64,000 bases of DNA, from assembly GCA_965648905.1 (NCBI GenBank), contig CBFGIT010000014.1:14066-78065 (forward strand), read 5' to 3'. The notes below the pieces were generated by a model. That model ran no database searches and was not told the origin of the DNA. It worked only from the letters and a program-made list of their open reading frames with translations. Origin of the DNA: a candidate division WOR-3 bacterium. Lineage in GTDB: Bacteria; Hydrothermota; Tepidihabitantia; Tepidihabitantales; Tepidihabitantaceae. The position numbers and the translations under genes are program-made. The stretch's first letter is position 1. Each line of letters begins with the position of its first letter. Shown piece by piece: positions 9,303-21,327 of the stretch.

Positions 9303-11423
9303 ATGAAGAAGAGCATCATGGTGATTGCCCTGATGCTTGTCGCCGGGCTGGCTTTGGCCGCCCGCGGCCCGGCGCAGCTACCGAGTCCGGAAATGCCGGG
9401 CGGCCCTGAGCTGTCGGTGCGCCGGGGCGAGGTTGTGCTTGAGCCGTGGGCCGGGCAACTCGAACCGGTGGACAATCCGGACGAGACCCTGCGCTACGAC
9501 GGCGGCAACTACAACGGCATCGGATTGACGCGCGGCGGCACTTATCGTGGAGCGGTCCGCTTCACGCCCGTGGCGACCTGCACGGTCAAGGCGATTCTAT
9601 TCTATCAGCGCGACGCATCCCAGAACGAATACGTGTTCGTGTTTGCCGAAGACAACGATACCAACCCGGGTGGAATCCTCGATTCCGCACCCTATACCGG
9701 CAGCGGCTCGATGCAGTGGAAGCGCATCAACCTGCCTAATCGGCCGGTGGTGATGGCGGGCAGCGACTTCTGGGCCTGCGTACGTGTCACCCACGACTCG
9801 GGCGCGTTTCCACTGGGAACCGATTCCGGGCCGATGGTGCCGAACCGCGGCGGGTTCATCTCGACCGGCGCGGGCTGGCGCCAGTTGCTCGGTTCGGGTC
9901 TTAACTACAACTGGAACGTGCGGGCGATTGTCGCGGGCGTCCCGGGACAGGCGAATGACGTCGGCGTCACCCGAGTGCTCTCTCCGGCAACGTCGGTGCC
10001 GCCTGGCACGTATCAGCCCAAGGCGCGGATTGTCAACTTCGGCACCACGCCGGTGAGCAATATTCCGGTGACCTGCTGGATAGACTCAGCCGGACAGCAC
10101 ATCTATGACCAGAGCACGAGTTTCACCGGCCCGCTTCAGCCCGGCGGCCGGACCGAGGTTACCTTTCCGAACTGGGTAACCGGGCCGGCCCGCAACACGT
10201 ACACGGTCCGGATGTTCACGAGCCTGAGCGGGGACCCGGTACCGGCCAATGATACGGCCACGCAGGTAACGAACACCGTGTCAGTTCTGCCGTTTGCTGA
10301 CCATGACACCGGCAACTGCCGATTGACTGTGACCTGCTTCGGTGCGATCGGTCATGATGTTCCGTCGGACGCGGGCAGCGGGTTCAAGTGGCCCAAGACC
10401 AGCGCGGACTGGCTGTACTTCGGCTCGCTCGCGATTTCCAACTCCCCGGACTACGTTGTTGATCACTACTACTCAAACCCGCCCACGAATCCGCCGAACA
10501 ATGACTTCCGGCCGGTGGACAGCGTCGCGCCGGTTGTACCGCCCGTGCATGCAGACCAGCATTTCCGGGCCTCGTACTCGGACGCTTCGCATCCGACCCC
10601 GAAGGGCATCAAGGTGACTCAGAACAGCTACGCAACCGCCATGCCCTACTACAAGAACAGCGTGGTGATGGTTTTCGACATCGAAAACCAGGGGTCGGCT
10701 CCGGTCAACGGCCTGTATGCCGGGACCTTCACTGACTTCGACATGGGCACGAGCAACCAGGTGACCACGGTTGCGGACACGGTGCGGCGGATTGTGGTAA
10801 TGCGTCAGTCAACGACGGCGAATCCGTCGATCGGCGTCAAGATTCTGGAGCCCGAGTCATGGCGGAATCTGACTTCGATTGACCACAACATCTGGGTCTA
10901 CCCGGACTCCTGCGTCACCGACAACCAGAAACACCGTTTCCTGAGCGGAGCGATTGTCAACCGGAATTCTAACCGGGCGTTCGATTGGTCAACGGTGACC
11001 TCAGTTGGGCCGTTTGACCTGGGTGTCGGTGAGACTTATCGGTTCGCCGTGGCACTCTGCGGTGGCACGAGCGAGGCGGATTGCCGCGCCAATGCCGACA
11101 GCGTCCAGTCGTGGTACGACCGCGGCATGCCGGTCGGACTGGTAGAGAACCTCGCGCCGGCCAAGACCGGTGCGGTGGTCACGGTCGGTCCGAGTCTGTT
11201 CCGACGAAGGACGTCCATTGACTACGTCTGCCGCAGCGCGGGCAACCTGACGGTCGAAGCCTACGACGCGGCCGGACGACTGGTGGACCGGCAGACCCTG
11301 GCGGTGCGGCCTGGAGCCGGACGCTACGTCTGGCAGCCGGGCACCCTGGCCGCAGGAATCTACTTCCTCAACGTCAGGACGCCGGACAGCGAAAGCCTAA
11401 CCAAGGTCCTGCTCGTCGAGTAG
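9303..11423 (+). CDS. Secreted CARDB-containing protein with a T9SS-like C-terminal domain
   Basis: Start reassigned to the ATG at 9303 (GGAGGAGG SD; signal peptide MKKSIMVIALMLVAGLALA). One CARDB repeat; ends YDAAGRLV...AGIYF...KVLLVE. Confidence 0.88.
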   Translation: MKKSIMVIALMLVAGLALAARGPAQLPSPEMPGGPELSVRRGEVVLEPWAGQLEPVDNPDETLRYDGGNYNGIGLTRGGTYRGAVRFTPVATCTVKAILFYQRDASQNEYVFVFAEDNDTNPGGILDSAPYTGSGSMQWKRINLPNRPVVMAGSDFWACVRVTHDSGAFPLGTDSGPMVPNRGGFISTGAGWRQLLGSGLNYNWNVRAIVAGVPGQANDVGVTRVLSPATSVPPGTYQPKARIVNFGTTPVSNIPVTCWIDSAGQHIYDQSTSFTGPLQPGGRTEVTFPNWVTGPARNTYTVRMFTSLSGDPVPANDTATQVTNTVSVLPFADHDTGNCRLTVTCFGAIGHDVPSDAGSGFKWPKTSADWLYFGSLAISNSPDYVVDHYYSNPPTNPPNNDFRPVDSVAPVVPPVHADQHFRASYSDASHPTPKGIKVTQNSYATAMPYYKNSVVMVFDIENQGSAPVNGLYAGTFTDFDMGTSNQVTTVADTVRRIVVMRQSTTANPSIGVKILEPESWRNLTSIDHNIWVYPDSCVTDNQKHRFLSGAIVNRNSNRAFDWSTVTSVGPFDLGVGETYRFAVALCGGTSEADCRANADSVQSWYDRGMPVGLVENLAPAKTGAVVTVGPSLFRRRTSIDYVCRSAGNLTVEAYDAAGRLVDRQTLAVRPGAGRYVWQPGTLAAGIYFLNVRTPDSESLTKVLLVE

Positions 11424-11445
11424 CTCATTTCGTTGCGCAGTTCAA

Positions 11446-11471
11446 CGGGGCGCCCGTTTGCGGGCGCCCCG
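11446..11471. terminator. Hairpin between convergent genes (bidirectional terminator)
   Basis: CGGGGCGCCCG-tttg-CGGGCGCCCCG. Confidence 0.7.
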
Positions 11472-11506
11472 GATGTTGAATTGGCAGCGCGGTCGGAACC
11501 TGGGAG

Positions 11507-12181
11507 CTAGCGAAGCGAGTCGGCGATGATAAGGACGTGCGGCATCGTCCAGCCGGATTCGAGGCCCTTCTCGTCCCGGGCTTGAGCCTGGATGAGATAC
11601 TCGCCGGGCAGAGTCCAAGCATGGGTGAAGGTAGCTTCGGTGTTCTCAGGTATCAGGTCGCTCCAGGCAGTTGTATCGCCGTCACCCCAGTCCGTCCGGT
11701 AGCGGATGCGGTCGCGATTCGGGTCGGTTGTGACGGTGGTGAAGCTGTAGACCGAGTCAACCAGACCGGAGTCCGGACCAGCCGGCGTGGTCGGCGTACC
11801 CGGTGCGAGGTTGACCGTATCTTCAATCGTGATCTCGTGCCAGTTGGACCAGAGCGAGAGCGCACTCTTCTTGTCCCGGGCTCGAGCCGAGACCTTGTAT
11901 TCGCGCGCCGTCGCCCAGATATGCTCGAGCGTGACGGTGTCGCCCGAGCGGAACGGCTCAGTCCAGTCCGCGGTGTCGCCGTCGTCCCAGTCCACTCGCA
12001 CCGACACCGGGTCGAAGTCAGGGTCGCGGGCGGTGACCTTGAAGCGACAGGGCGTGCCCACCCGGCTGAGACTCGGTCCTGATGGCGGCGGCGGCGTGTC
12101 GGGGTGGAGGTTCCGGGCGCAGCCAGCCGCAAGGAACAGACTCACCGCCGACAGAAGCAGAGAGCATCTCCTGCACGTCAT
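11507..12181 (-). CDS. Lipoprotein with two PKD-like domains
   Basis: Lipobox LAAGC; two repeats of DPD/N-x-D...DW-G/D-DGDT-x-x-W...H-x-W...Y...ARD. Confidence 0.85.
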   Translation of the reverse strand: MTCRRCSLLLSAVSLFLAAGCARNLHPDTPPPPSGPSLSRVGTPCRFKVTARDPDFDPVSVRVDWDDGDTADWTEPFRSGDTVTLEHIWATAREYKVSARARDKKSALSLWSNWHEITIEDTVNLAPGTPTTPAGPDSGLVDSVYSFTTVTTDPNRDRIRYRTDWGDGDTTAWSDLIPENTEATFTHAWTLPGEYLIQAQARDEKGLESGWTMPHVLIIADSLR

Positions 12182-12276
12182 GAAAATATGCTAGGCGGTG
12201 GGGCCGGGAAGTCAAGTCCAGCCGCTTCTTCTGACCATCGGCTTGACTGGGGAACGAGGTTTGTCTAAAGTGGGAT

Positions 12277-14570
<2,294 letters not shown>

Positions 14571-14589
14571 ATCGACCGCACCGAAGCAC

Positions 14590-14613
14590 GACCGCCCCGG
14601 TAACGGGGCGGTC
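14590..14613. terminator. GNRA-capped hairpin between gyrB and pilC
   Basis: GACCGCCCCG-gtaa-CGGGGCGGTC. Confidence 0.7.
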
Positions 14614-14630
14614 AATGCTGTTGCGGGTAG

Positions 14631-15869
14631 CTATCTTACGCCGTAGCCGCCGCCCTGGCCGAAGCTGGTGAGAATTGACATGTAAGGCATGATAATGGCG
14701 ATAATCAGGAAGATGGCGCCGATGCCCATCATTCCGATCATCACCGGTTCGATCATGCCGGTCAGGTTCTTGACCGCGTATTCAACTTCGCTGTCGTAGT
14801 AGTCGGAGACCTGCTTGAGCATGTCATCCAAGGCTCCCGACTCCTCGCCGGTCGCCACCATCTGGACGACCATTGCCGGGAACACGCCGATTTCCCGCAT
14901 CGGAGCGGCAAGCCCGCGTCCCCGGCGTACGCTCTCGGCCAGCTTCTCCACGGCACCAGCCATGTAGACGTTGCCGACGGTCTTCGAGACGAGGCCCAGG
15001 CTACGCAGAATCGGCAGCCCGGTACGGTCGAGGGTCTCGAACATTCGGGCGAACCGCGATAGAGCCATCTTGTAGATGATCGGCCCGAAGATGGGAATCC
15101 GAAACTTGAGTCGGTCCCACCAGAGCCGGCCGGCCGGGGTCCGGATGAACAGGTAGAAGAGGACGGCTACGCCCGCAGCGAGGAGGGCGATGACGTACCA
15201 GAACTTGCTCATGAAGTCGGTTACGGCAATCAGGATTTGGGTTGGCAGCGGCATCTTGCCGCCGACCGTGGTCAGCAGTTGGGTGAACTTGGGCAAGACA
15301 AACGTCGCCAGTACGATAACGGCGACGACGAAGCCGACCATGAGGATGATTGGGTAGCGCATCGCCGAGCCGACGTCGGATTTGAGCTTGCGTTCGTGCT
15401 CAAGGAGCATGACCAGCCGGTCGAGGATGTCGTCAAGTACACCGCCCGTCTCTCCGGCCCAGATCGAGTTGACGTAGAGCTCGCCGAACACGCGCGGGTG
15501 TTTGGCCATGGCGGCGGACAGGGCCGCACCGCCCATCAGGTCCTTGCGGATCATGTCCAGTGCCTTGGACAAAGGCTTGGACTTGGTCTGGGCCTGGAGC
15601 GCGCCGATAGCCGAGAGCATCGGCAGACCGGCACGGTGCAGGGTGACGAACTGGCGGGTGAAGTTGATCAGGTCAACCGGCTTCACCCGTTCAAAGAAAC
15701 GGGCGAAGTCGACTCCCACCCCGCCACCGGCTTTCTGCTCGCGGATGGTGATTGGCACATAGCCGAGGGTATCGAGCTTATCGACAACTCCGGCGAGGTC
15801 GGTTCCCTCGAGTGTGCCGGAGATTATCTGGCCTTCTTTGTCCCGGACCTTGTATTGAAAAAGTGGCAT
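14631..15869 (-). CDS. pilC: Type IV pilus/T2SS platform protein PilC/GspF
   Basis: F-x-Y-K-x-R-D-x-x-G, FTRQF-x-TL-x-x-AGLP, GETGGVLD, AMRYP, GEESGALD, IEP motifs. Confidence 0.93.
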   Translation of the reverse strand: MPLFQYKVRDKEGQIISGTLEGTDLAGVVDKLDTLGYVPITIREQKAGGGVGVDFARFFERVKPVDLINFTRQFVTLHRAGLPMLSAIGALQAQTKSKPLSKALDMIRKDLMGGAALSAAMAKHPRVFGELYVNSIWAGETGGVLDDILDRLVMLLEHERKLKSDVGSAMRYPIILMVGFVVAVIVLATFVLPKFTQLLTTVGGKMPLPTQILIAVTDFMSKFWYVIALLAAGVAVLFYLFIRTPAGRLWWDRLKFRIPIFGPIIYKMALSRFARMFETLDRTGLPILRSLGLVSKTVGNVYMAGAVEKLAESVRRGRGLAAPMREIGVFPAMVVQMVATGEESGALDDMLKQVSDYYDSEVEYAVKNLTGMIEPVMIGMMGIGAIFLIIAIIMPYMSILTSFGQGGGYGVR

Positions 15870-15893
15870 TGGTCTTTTTCTCCTCGGGGTTCG

Positions 15894-17486
15894 CTACTCG
15901 ACCTTTTCGGCTTCGTCCATGACTTCCTCAATGGTTGTGACGCCATCCACGACTTTCTGGATGCCGTCCTCCCAGAGGGTCTTCATGCCGTACTCACGGG
16001 CCAGAGCACGTATCGCACTCGTGGGTGGCCGCGTCACGACAAGCTCGCGGATGCGGTCGTTCATCTTCAAGACTTCGAAAATGCCGATTCGGCCTTGATA
16101 ACCGGTGTTACGGCAGCGGTCGCAGCCCCGGCCTCGGTAGAACTTCGTTCCCGCGGGCAGTTCCAGCTCCTCAAGCAGCTTGGCGGGCGGGTCGTACGGT
16201 TCCTTGCACTTGCCGCAGATCTTGCGCACGAGCCGCTGCGCCACCGTGCCTTCGGTCGCAGACGCGACCAGGAAGGGTTCGATGCCCATGTCGATGAGAC
16301 GCGTAATGGTGCCGGGCGCGTCGTTGGTGTGGATTGTTGAGAAGACGAGCTGGCCGGTCAGGGCCGCCCGAATCGCTACACCCGCGGTCTCACCGTCACG
16401 AATCTCGCCGATCATGATAACGTCCGGGTCCTGGCGCAGGATGTGCTTCAATCCCAGGAGGTACGTGTAGCCAGCCTTTTCGTTGACCTGGGACTGACAG
16501 ATTTTGTCCATGTCGTATTCGACCGGGTCCTCGATGGTGATGATGTTCTTGTCGCCAGACCGGATTTCACCGAGGATTGCGTAGACGGTCGTAGACTTGC
16601 CCGAGCCGGTCGGCCCAGTGACCAGGAGCACGCCGTGCGGTTTGGCGATCATTTCCCGCATCACCGTGGCCGAGTCTCCCATCAGTCCGAGTTCGTCAAG
16701 GGAGAGTAGGCGCATCCGGTCGAGGATACGCATGACTACAGTCTCGCCGTAGGTCGTCGGGAAGGTGGAGACGCGGAAGTCGATTTCGCGGCCGTCCACC
16801 AGAGCACCATAACGGCCGTCCTGCGGCACGCGCTTCTCGGCGATGTTCATGCGCGACATGATCTTGATACGGGAGACGACGGCGAGCTGCAAGGCCTTCT
16901 TCGGTGAGACGATAGGGTGGAGAATACCGTCAATCCGGAACCGGACGGTAAGGCCTTCGCGGGTTGGCTCGATGTGAATATCGGAAGCGCGTTCGCGCAC
17001 GGCGCGGATAATCATCTGGTTGACCCAGCGGACTACCGGGGCTTCGGACGCCAGCTCTTCGAGCTTGGTCGGCGAGACCCCCTGCTCCGCGGCAGCACCC
17101 TCTTCTTCGTCGGGCAGGTCGTCGAGGCTGGTCATGTCCGGTTCGTCCGGGATGTCGGGCTGCTGGGGTGTCGTATAGTACTGGTTGAGCGCCTGAAAGA
17201 AGTCGAGTTCACGGCAGACCATCGGTTCGACCTCCATGCCGGTCATGCGTCGCACCTCGTCGAGAATGAATATCTGCCCCGGGTCGACCAGGGCGACGGC
17301 CAAGGTGTTGCCGGAGCGAAAGAGCGGGATCAGTTTATTGCTGCGCATGAACGGTTCCGGGAACATCTGCAGTACCTCGGAATCGACCCGGAAGTTGGTC
17401 AGGTCGACAAACGGTACGCCGTACTTCTGTTCCAGAGCCGTGCCGGTATCTTCGGCCGGCGTTTGTTGTTGCTGTTCATCTGCCAT
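15894..17486 (-). CDS. pilB: Type IV pilus/T2SS assembly ATPase PilB/GspE
   Basis: ASDIHIEP, RVPQDGR, Walker A GPTGSGKSTT, TIEDPVEY, LRQDPDVIMIGEIRD, tetracysteine CGKC...CDRC. Confidence 0.93.
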   Translation of the reverse strand: MADEQQQQTPAEDTGTALEQKYGVPFVDLTNFRVDSEVLQMFPEPFMRSNKLIPLFRSGNTLAVALVDPGQIFILDEVRRMTGMEVEPMVCRELDFFQALNQYYTTPQQPDIPDEPDMTSLDDLPDEEEGAAAEQGVSPTKLEELASEAPVVRWVNQMIIRAVRERASDIHIEPTREGLTVRFRIDGILHPIVSPKKALQLAVVSRIKIMSRMNIAEKRVPQDGRYGALVDGREIDFRVSTFPTTYGETVVMRILDRMRLLSLDELGLMGDSATVMREMIAKPHGVLLVTGPTGSGKSTTVYAILGEIRSGDKNIITIEDPVEYDMDKICQSQVNEKAGYTYLLGLKHILRQDPDVIMIGEIRDGETAGVAIRAALTGQLVFSTIHTNDAPGTITRLIDMGIEPFLVASATEGTVAQRLVRKICGKCKEPYDPPAKLLEELELPAGTKFYRGRGCDRCRNTGYQGRIGIFEVLKMNDRIRELVVTRPPTSAIRALAREYGMKTLWEDGIQKVVDGVTTIEEVMDEAEKVE

Positions 17487-17583
17487 CTCAAACCTCCTTA
17501 ATGCCGACAGCCAGGACCGGCGGCATTGCGCCTGGCCGGACCGGACCTGTCAGCGGAGAGCATCGGCGCCCTCATGGTGCATC

Positions 17584-17613
17584 ATTATACCCTGCCCGCT
17601 AGGCCCATGTCAA
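17584..17613 (-). promoter_or_regulatory. Sigma70 promoter TTGACA-N18-TATAAT for pilB-pilC
   Basis: Perfect hexamers on the minus strand. Confidence 0.7.
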
Positions 17614-17820
17614 CGTGTGCGCAATCAGGGGGTAGTGTCAGCGTCGGTTCGTGTTCGTCGCGGGACCGTCCGGTCCAACGTCGGGCGTGGCACGTCACAG
17701 GCACGCGACCGGTTCACGGGCCGTCTTCTGGCTGGCGCGGTCGTAAGATGGTGGCGGTCCGGTCCGGCTCCGGGGCGACACAAGGATTGACAGCTCGTGC
17801 TCCGGCTCCTATCATAACTC

Positions 17821-20097
17821 TTGGACCATCAAACAACCCAGACCGTGGGCCGCACCGGCGGTCCCCTGGTCCGGCCTAGCCAAGGAGGCAAGTTGCCGCG
17901 TCCGACAGTTGCTGCCGCGTTTTTTGTGCTGATGCTCGGGGTCTCGACCGGGGACGCTGAGTTGCATCGACTCGGGCTGATTCGTGAGGACCTGACCAGG
18001 ATAGCGCCTGAGCGTGAGGTGAAAGTCGTTCTTCCGGTCCCAGGAGCTGGTTCTTTCCGCGACCGGCCGCGCGTGGACCTGACTGATGAGATGCCCCCGG
18101 TCGGCAATCAGGGTGCTCAAGGTTCGTGTGCGGCCTGGGCCATCGCCTACTATCACCGGACCCAGCTTGAGTATCGTGAGCGGCGCTGGAACCTGGCCGA
18201 CCCTCGACACCAGTTCAGCCCGGCGTTCACCTACAACCAGGTGAACGGCGGCGCGGACCGCGGGTCCGGGTTTGGTGACAATATGCCGCTTATCTGCGAC
18301 CAGGGTTGCGCAAGCCTGTATGACTTTCCCTACGACCAGTACAACTGCACCCGCTGGCCTTCAGAGTCGGCCTATGCCCGGGCGATTCCGTTCCGGACCA
18401 AGGACTGGAGCTGGGCGCACGTCTATGACACTTCGGGTATCAATCGCATCAAGCAATTGCTGGTCAACGGCAGTACCGCAACGCTCGGAATCGACGTCTG
18501 GGGCAACTTCGACGAAATCAGACGATTCAACAACACGTACTGCGTGGCCGACAAGATGGGGTCGAATCGGGGCGGTCATCTGGTTACGTTCGTCGGCTAC
18601 GATGACTCGATGGTCACCAACGACGGGCCCGGTGCGTTCAAGATGGTGAACTCCTGGGGAGCAGGTTGGGGTGCGCAGGGATACTTCTGGATGTCCTACG
18701 AGGCAGTCATGGACTGGGACTTGAGCCATCAGGCATTCGGCTGGCTGGTGGATACCGTCGGGTACGAGCCTAAGCTCCTGGCCCGGGTGCAGATTGAGCA
18801 TCCAACCCGGGACAGAGTCGGCATTCAATTCACGGTCGGGCCGCGCTTCAACGCGTTCTGGATAAAGGATTTCCGGCAGTGGCGAAGGGTCGCGGTTGAG
18901 CAACCGTTTCCGGCCAACAAGATGGTCTTCGACCTGACCGAGGCCGCGGACTTCATCACCAGTCGGCGAACTGACTCGGTCTATTTCTGTACTAACGACA
19001 GCCGCCGCGACAACCAGACCGGGACGGTTCTGTATTCCTCGGTGCAGCATCTGGATTGGGGCACCGAGTTCACCTCAAACGCGACACCGGTGCCGATTCC
19101 TGACGACGGCTCCACGGCCGAAGTTGGCATGAGAATTCTCGAACTTGACCGCGACGTCTCCTGTACCTGGGTCTTTGAGCCATCGGGCAGGGTCGAACCG
19201 GAGAGTTCCTGTGTTCCCCGGGTCGAGGTGAGGAGCTTCGGTGCCGAGCCGGCCACATTTGCGGTCGGACTGGCGATCGGCAGCGGCTACTACGATACGG
19301 CGTGGGTGACCGGGCTGGTTCGCACCCGGGCCGAGACACTGAGCTTCATGCCCTGGGTCGCAGCACCGCGCTGCACGGTTGCGGTCAGGTGCTCGACGAT
19401 GCTGGCCGGAGACCAGTATCCTGACAATGACCGTAACCTGGTTCAGGCTTTTTCCCGTTACACTGACGCCGCGGTCGTCAGTATCACGGCACCGGGCGAT
19501 ACGGTCGATTCGGGCATCGTGGTCCGGCCTCAGGTGCGCGTCCGCAACAACGGGACTCAGACCGAGAGTTTCCTCGTGACGTTCATGATTCCGGATGAGG
19601 GTTATCAACGCACCGCCCGCGCCACGGTTCCGGCTGACACCGAGATGCTGGTTCTGTTTACGCCTTGGACGCCGGCAGGCCTCGGCAGTCACCTGATGCG
19701 CTGCACCTTGGAGATGGCCGGCGACATGGAGCCGAGCAATGACTCGTTAGTCGGTACGGTTTTTGTTCGATCCGGTTCCGGAGTGGGTGAGGCTTCGTTC
19801 GCGGAACAGACTGGTCTGTCCAGACCGGTCTCGACCGTGTGCGCTGGGCGATTCGTTGCGGCGCTGGCCGTCCCCCCAAACACCCATGCCAAGCTGACGG
19901 TCTTTGACGTTTCAGGAGTGCGCGTGCGGCAGGTTTCCTTAGTCAGCGGCGGCGTCAGGTACTGCGAGATGGTCTGGGACGGCAGAGATGACAACGGAGT
20001 CTTGGTCCCACCGGGCGCGTATCTGTGTCAATTGGAGGCTGGTCAGATAAGCTCGACGGTCAAGCTGGTCCTTTGCGCGGCGTCCGCCGGTCGCTAG
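17821..20097 (+). CDS. Secreted papain-family (C1) cysteine protease with CARDB repeats and a FlgD/T9SS-like C-terminus
   Basis: NQGAQGSCAAWA (catalytic Cys), GGHLVTFVGY (His), NSWG (Asn); two CARDB repeats; WDGRDDNG...GAYLC...KLVL. Exact start uncertain. Confidence 0.92.
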   Translation: MDHQTTQTVGRTGGPLVRPSQGGKLPRPTVAAAFFVLMLGVSTGDAELHRLGLIREDLTRIAPEREVKVVLPVPGAGSFRDRPRVDLTDEMPPVGNQGAQGSCAAWAIAYYHRTQLEYRERRWNLADPRHQFSPAFTYNQVNGGADRGSGFGDNMPLICDQGCASLYDFPYDQYNCTRWPSESAYARAIPFRTKDWSWAHVYDTSGINRIKQLLVNGSTATLGIDVWGNFDEIRRFNNTYCVADKMGSNRGGHLVTFVGYDDSMVTNDGPGAFKMVNSWGAGWGAQGYFWMSYEAVMDWDLSHQAFGWLVDTVGYEPKLLARVQIEHPTRDRVGIQFTVGPRFNAFWIKDFRQWRRVAVEQPFPANKMVFDLTEAADFITSRRTDSVYFCTNDSRRDNQTGTVLYSSVQHLDWGTEFTSNATPVPIPDDGSTAEVGMRILELDRDVSCTWVFEPSGRVEPESSCVPRVEVRSFGAEPATFAVGLAIGSGYYDTAWVTGLVRTRAETLSFMPWVAAPRCTVAVRCSTMLAGDQYPDNDRNLVQAFSRYTDAAVVSITAPGDTVDSGIVVRPQVRVRNNGTQTESFLVTFMIPDEGYQRTARATVPADTEMLVLFTPWTPAGLGSHLMRCTLEMAGDMEPSNDSLVGTVFVRSGSGVGEASFAEQTGLSRPVSTVCAGRFVAALAVPPNTHAKLTVFDVSGVRVRQVSLVSGGVRYCEMVWDGRDDNGVLVPPGAYLCQLEAGQISSTVKLVLCAASAGR

Positions 20098-20172
20098 CTA
20101 CTGCTCGCCGTTCGCCGCCCGCCCGGCGACGGTGGCTTGACTTTGCTCGGGGCCGGTCTACACTTACCGCCG

Positions 20173-21327
20173 ATGTGGTCAGTCGTCGTCACTTTGATTG
20201 GCGTGTTGTCGGTTCAAGGTGACCTGAAGATGGTCATTGAGCCGGCGGTCTATCCGTCGACTGAAAGCACGGCGATTCTGGAACTGGCCTATGAAATACC
20301 CCATACTTCCCTCGCATTCACGCGCGATGGTGTGTCGTACGTGGCCCGGTACCGTGCAGTAGTTCAGATCGCGGACCGGCGTGGCAACGTGCTCGCGGGA
20401 GATGTCTGGGACCGGGAGGTGCGGGTTGACGGCTATGACCGGACCGTGGCGCGGGACTCGGCAGAGCAAGGAGTAATTCGGCTGCCGTTCGGTCTGGGCG
20501 GAAGAAGCGGCCGGGTTGACTTTTCGGACCGGACCAGCGAACGCCGAGGCCGGGCCGAGTTCGGGGTTGAAGTTCCGCGGGCGGGGTTGGTGCTGAGGCT
20601 GTTCAAGTCCGGTCAGGAATTTGCTTCGCGGAAGTACGGAGCAGAAGATACAATTGAGGCAGTGGCTCAGGCGTCGGCGCCGCTCGAGAGCTGCCGGTTT
20701 GCGTTGCTGGACAACAGCCGGGTTGTCGCCGAGACGACGGCCCGGTTTGATGAAGAGCGGGTGGCGCGTTTTGCGTATTCGATTCCCGACAGCACGGGGG
20801 TGGTGCGACTGGGCGGGAACTCGTATGTGATTGAGGCATCGGCCCGAAATGGGAATGAGCGACTTGCCGTCCGGGTCGGTCTGAGGGTGGACGTGCCGTT
20901 CTATTTGAACGACGAGGCCTGGCTGGAGAGAGTGGAGCGGCTGCTGTACGTTGCGAGCGCGAGTGAGATGGCACGGCTGAGGGCAGTTCCCAGGGCAGTG
21001 CGGAAGCAGGCTTGGCAGGGTTTCTGGAAATCCAAGGACCAGACCCCGACGACCGAGCGGAACGAGCGCGAGGAGGAGTACTTTGAGCGGATTGCCTATG
21101 CCGAAGAGCACTTCGGTCACGGTGACCGGGGCTACAAGAGCGACCGGGCCCGGGTGTATGTGCGCTGCGGGCCGCCGGACCAGATAGAGAGCCGGCCATT
21201 TGAGCTTGACTCGCCGGCTTATGAGATATGGCAATATTTCCGCCCGAATCGTCGGTTCGTGTTCGTAGACCGTTTCGGCACGGGCGAGATGAGGCTGCAG
21301 AATCCGGGGATGCTCGATGACCTGTAG
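20173..21327 (+). CDS. GWxTD domain-containing protein
   Basis: FW...D-x-TP-x-T-x-x-NE-x-x-EEYF-x-RI-x-YA...GYKSDRARVYVRCGPPD. Start set at ATG 20173, just after a promoter. Confidence 0.85.
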   Translation: MWSVVVTLIGVLSVQGDLKMVIEPAVYPSTESTAILELAYEIPHTSLAFTRDGVSYVARYRAVVQIADRRGNVLAGDVWDREVRVDGYDRTVARDSAEQGVIRLPFGLGGRSGRVDFSDRTSERRGRAEFGVEVPRAGLVLRLFKSGQEFASRKYGAEDTIEAVAQASAPLESCRFALLDNSRVVAETTARFDEERVARFAYSIPDSTGVVRLGGNSYVIEASARNGNERLAVRVGLRVDVPFYLNDEAWLERVERLLYVASASEMARLRAVPRAVRKQAWQGFWKSKDQTPTTERNEREEEYFERIAYAEEHFGHGDRGYKSDRARVYVRCGPPDQIESRPFELDSPAYEIWQYFRPNRRFVFVDRFGTGEMRLQNPGMLDDL

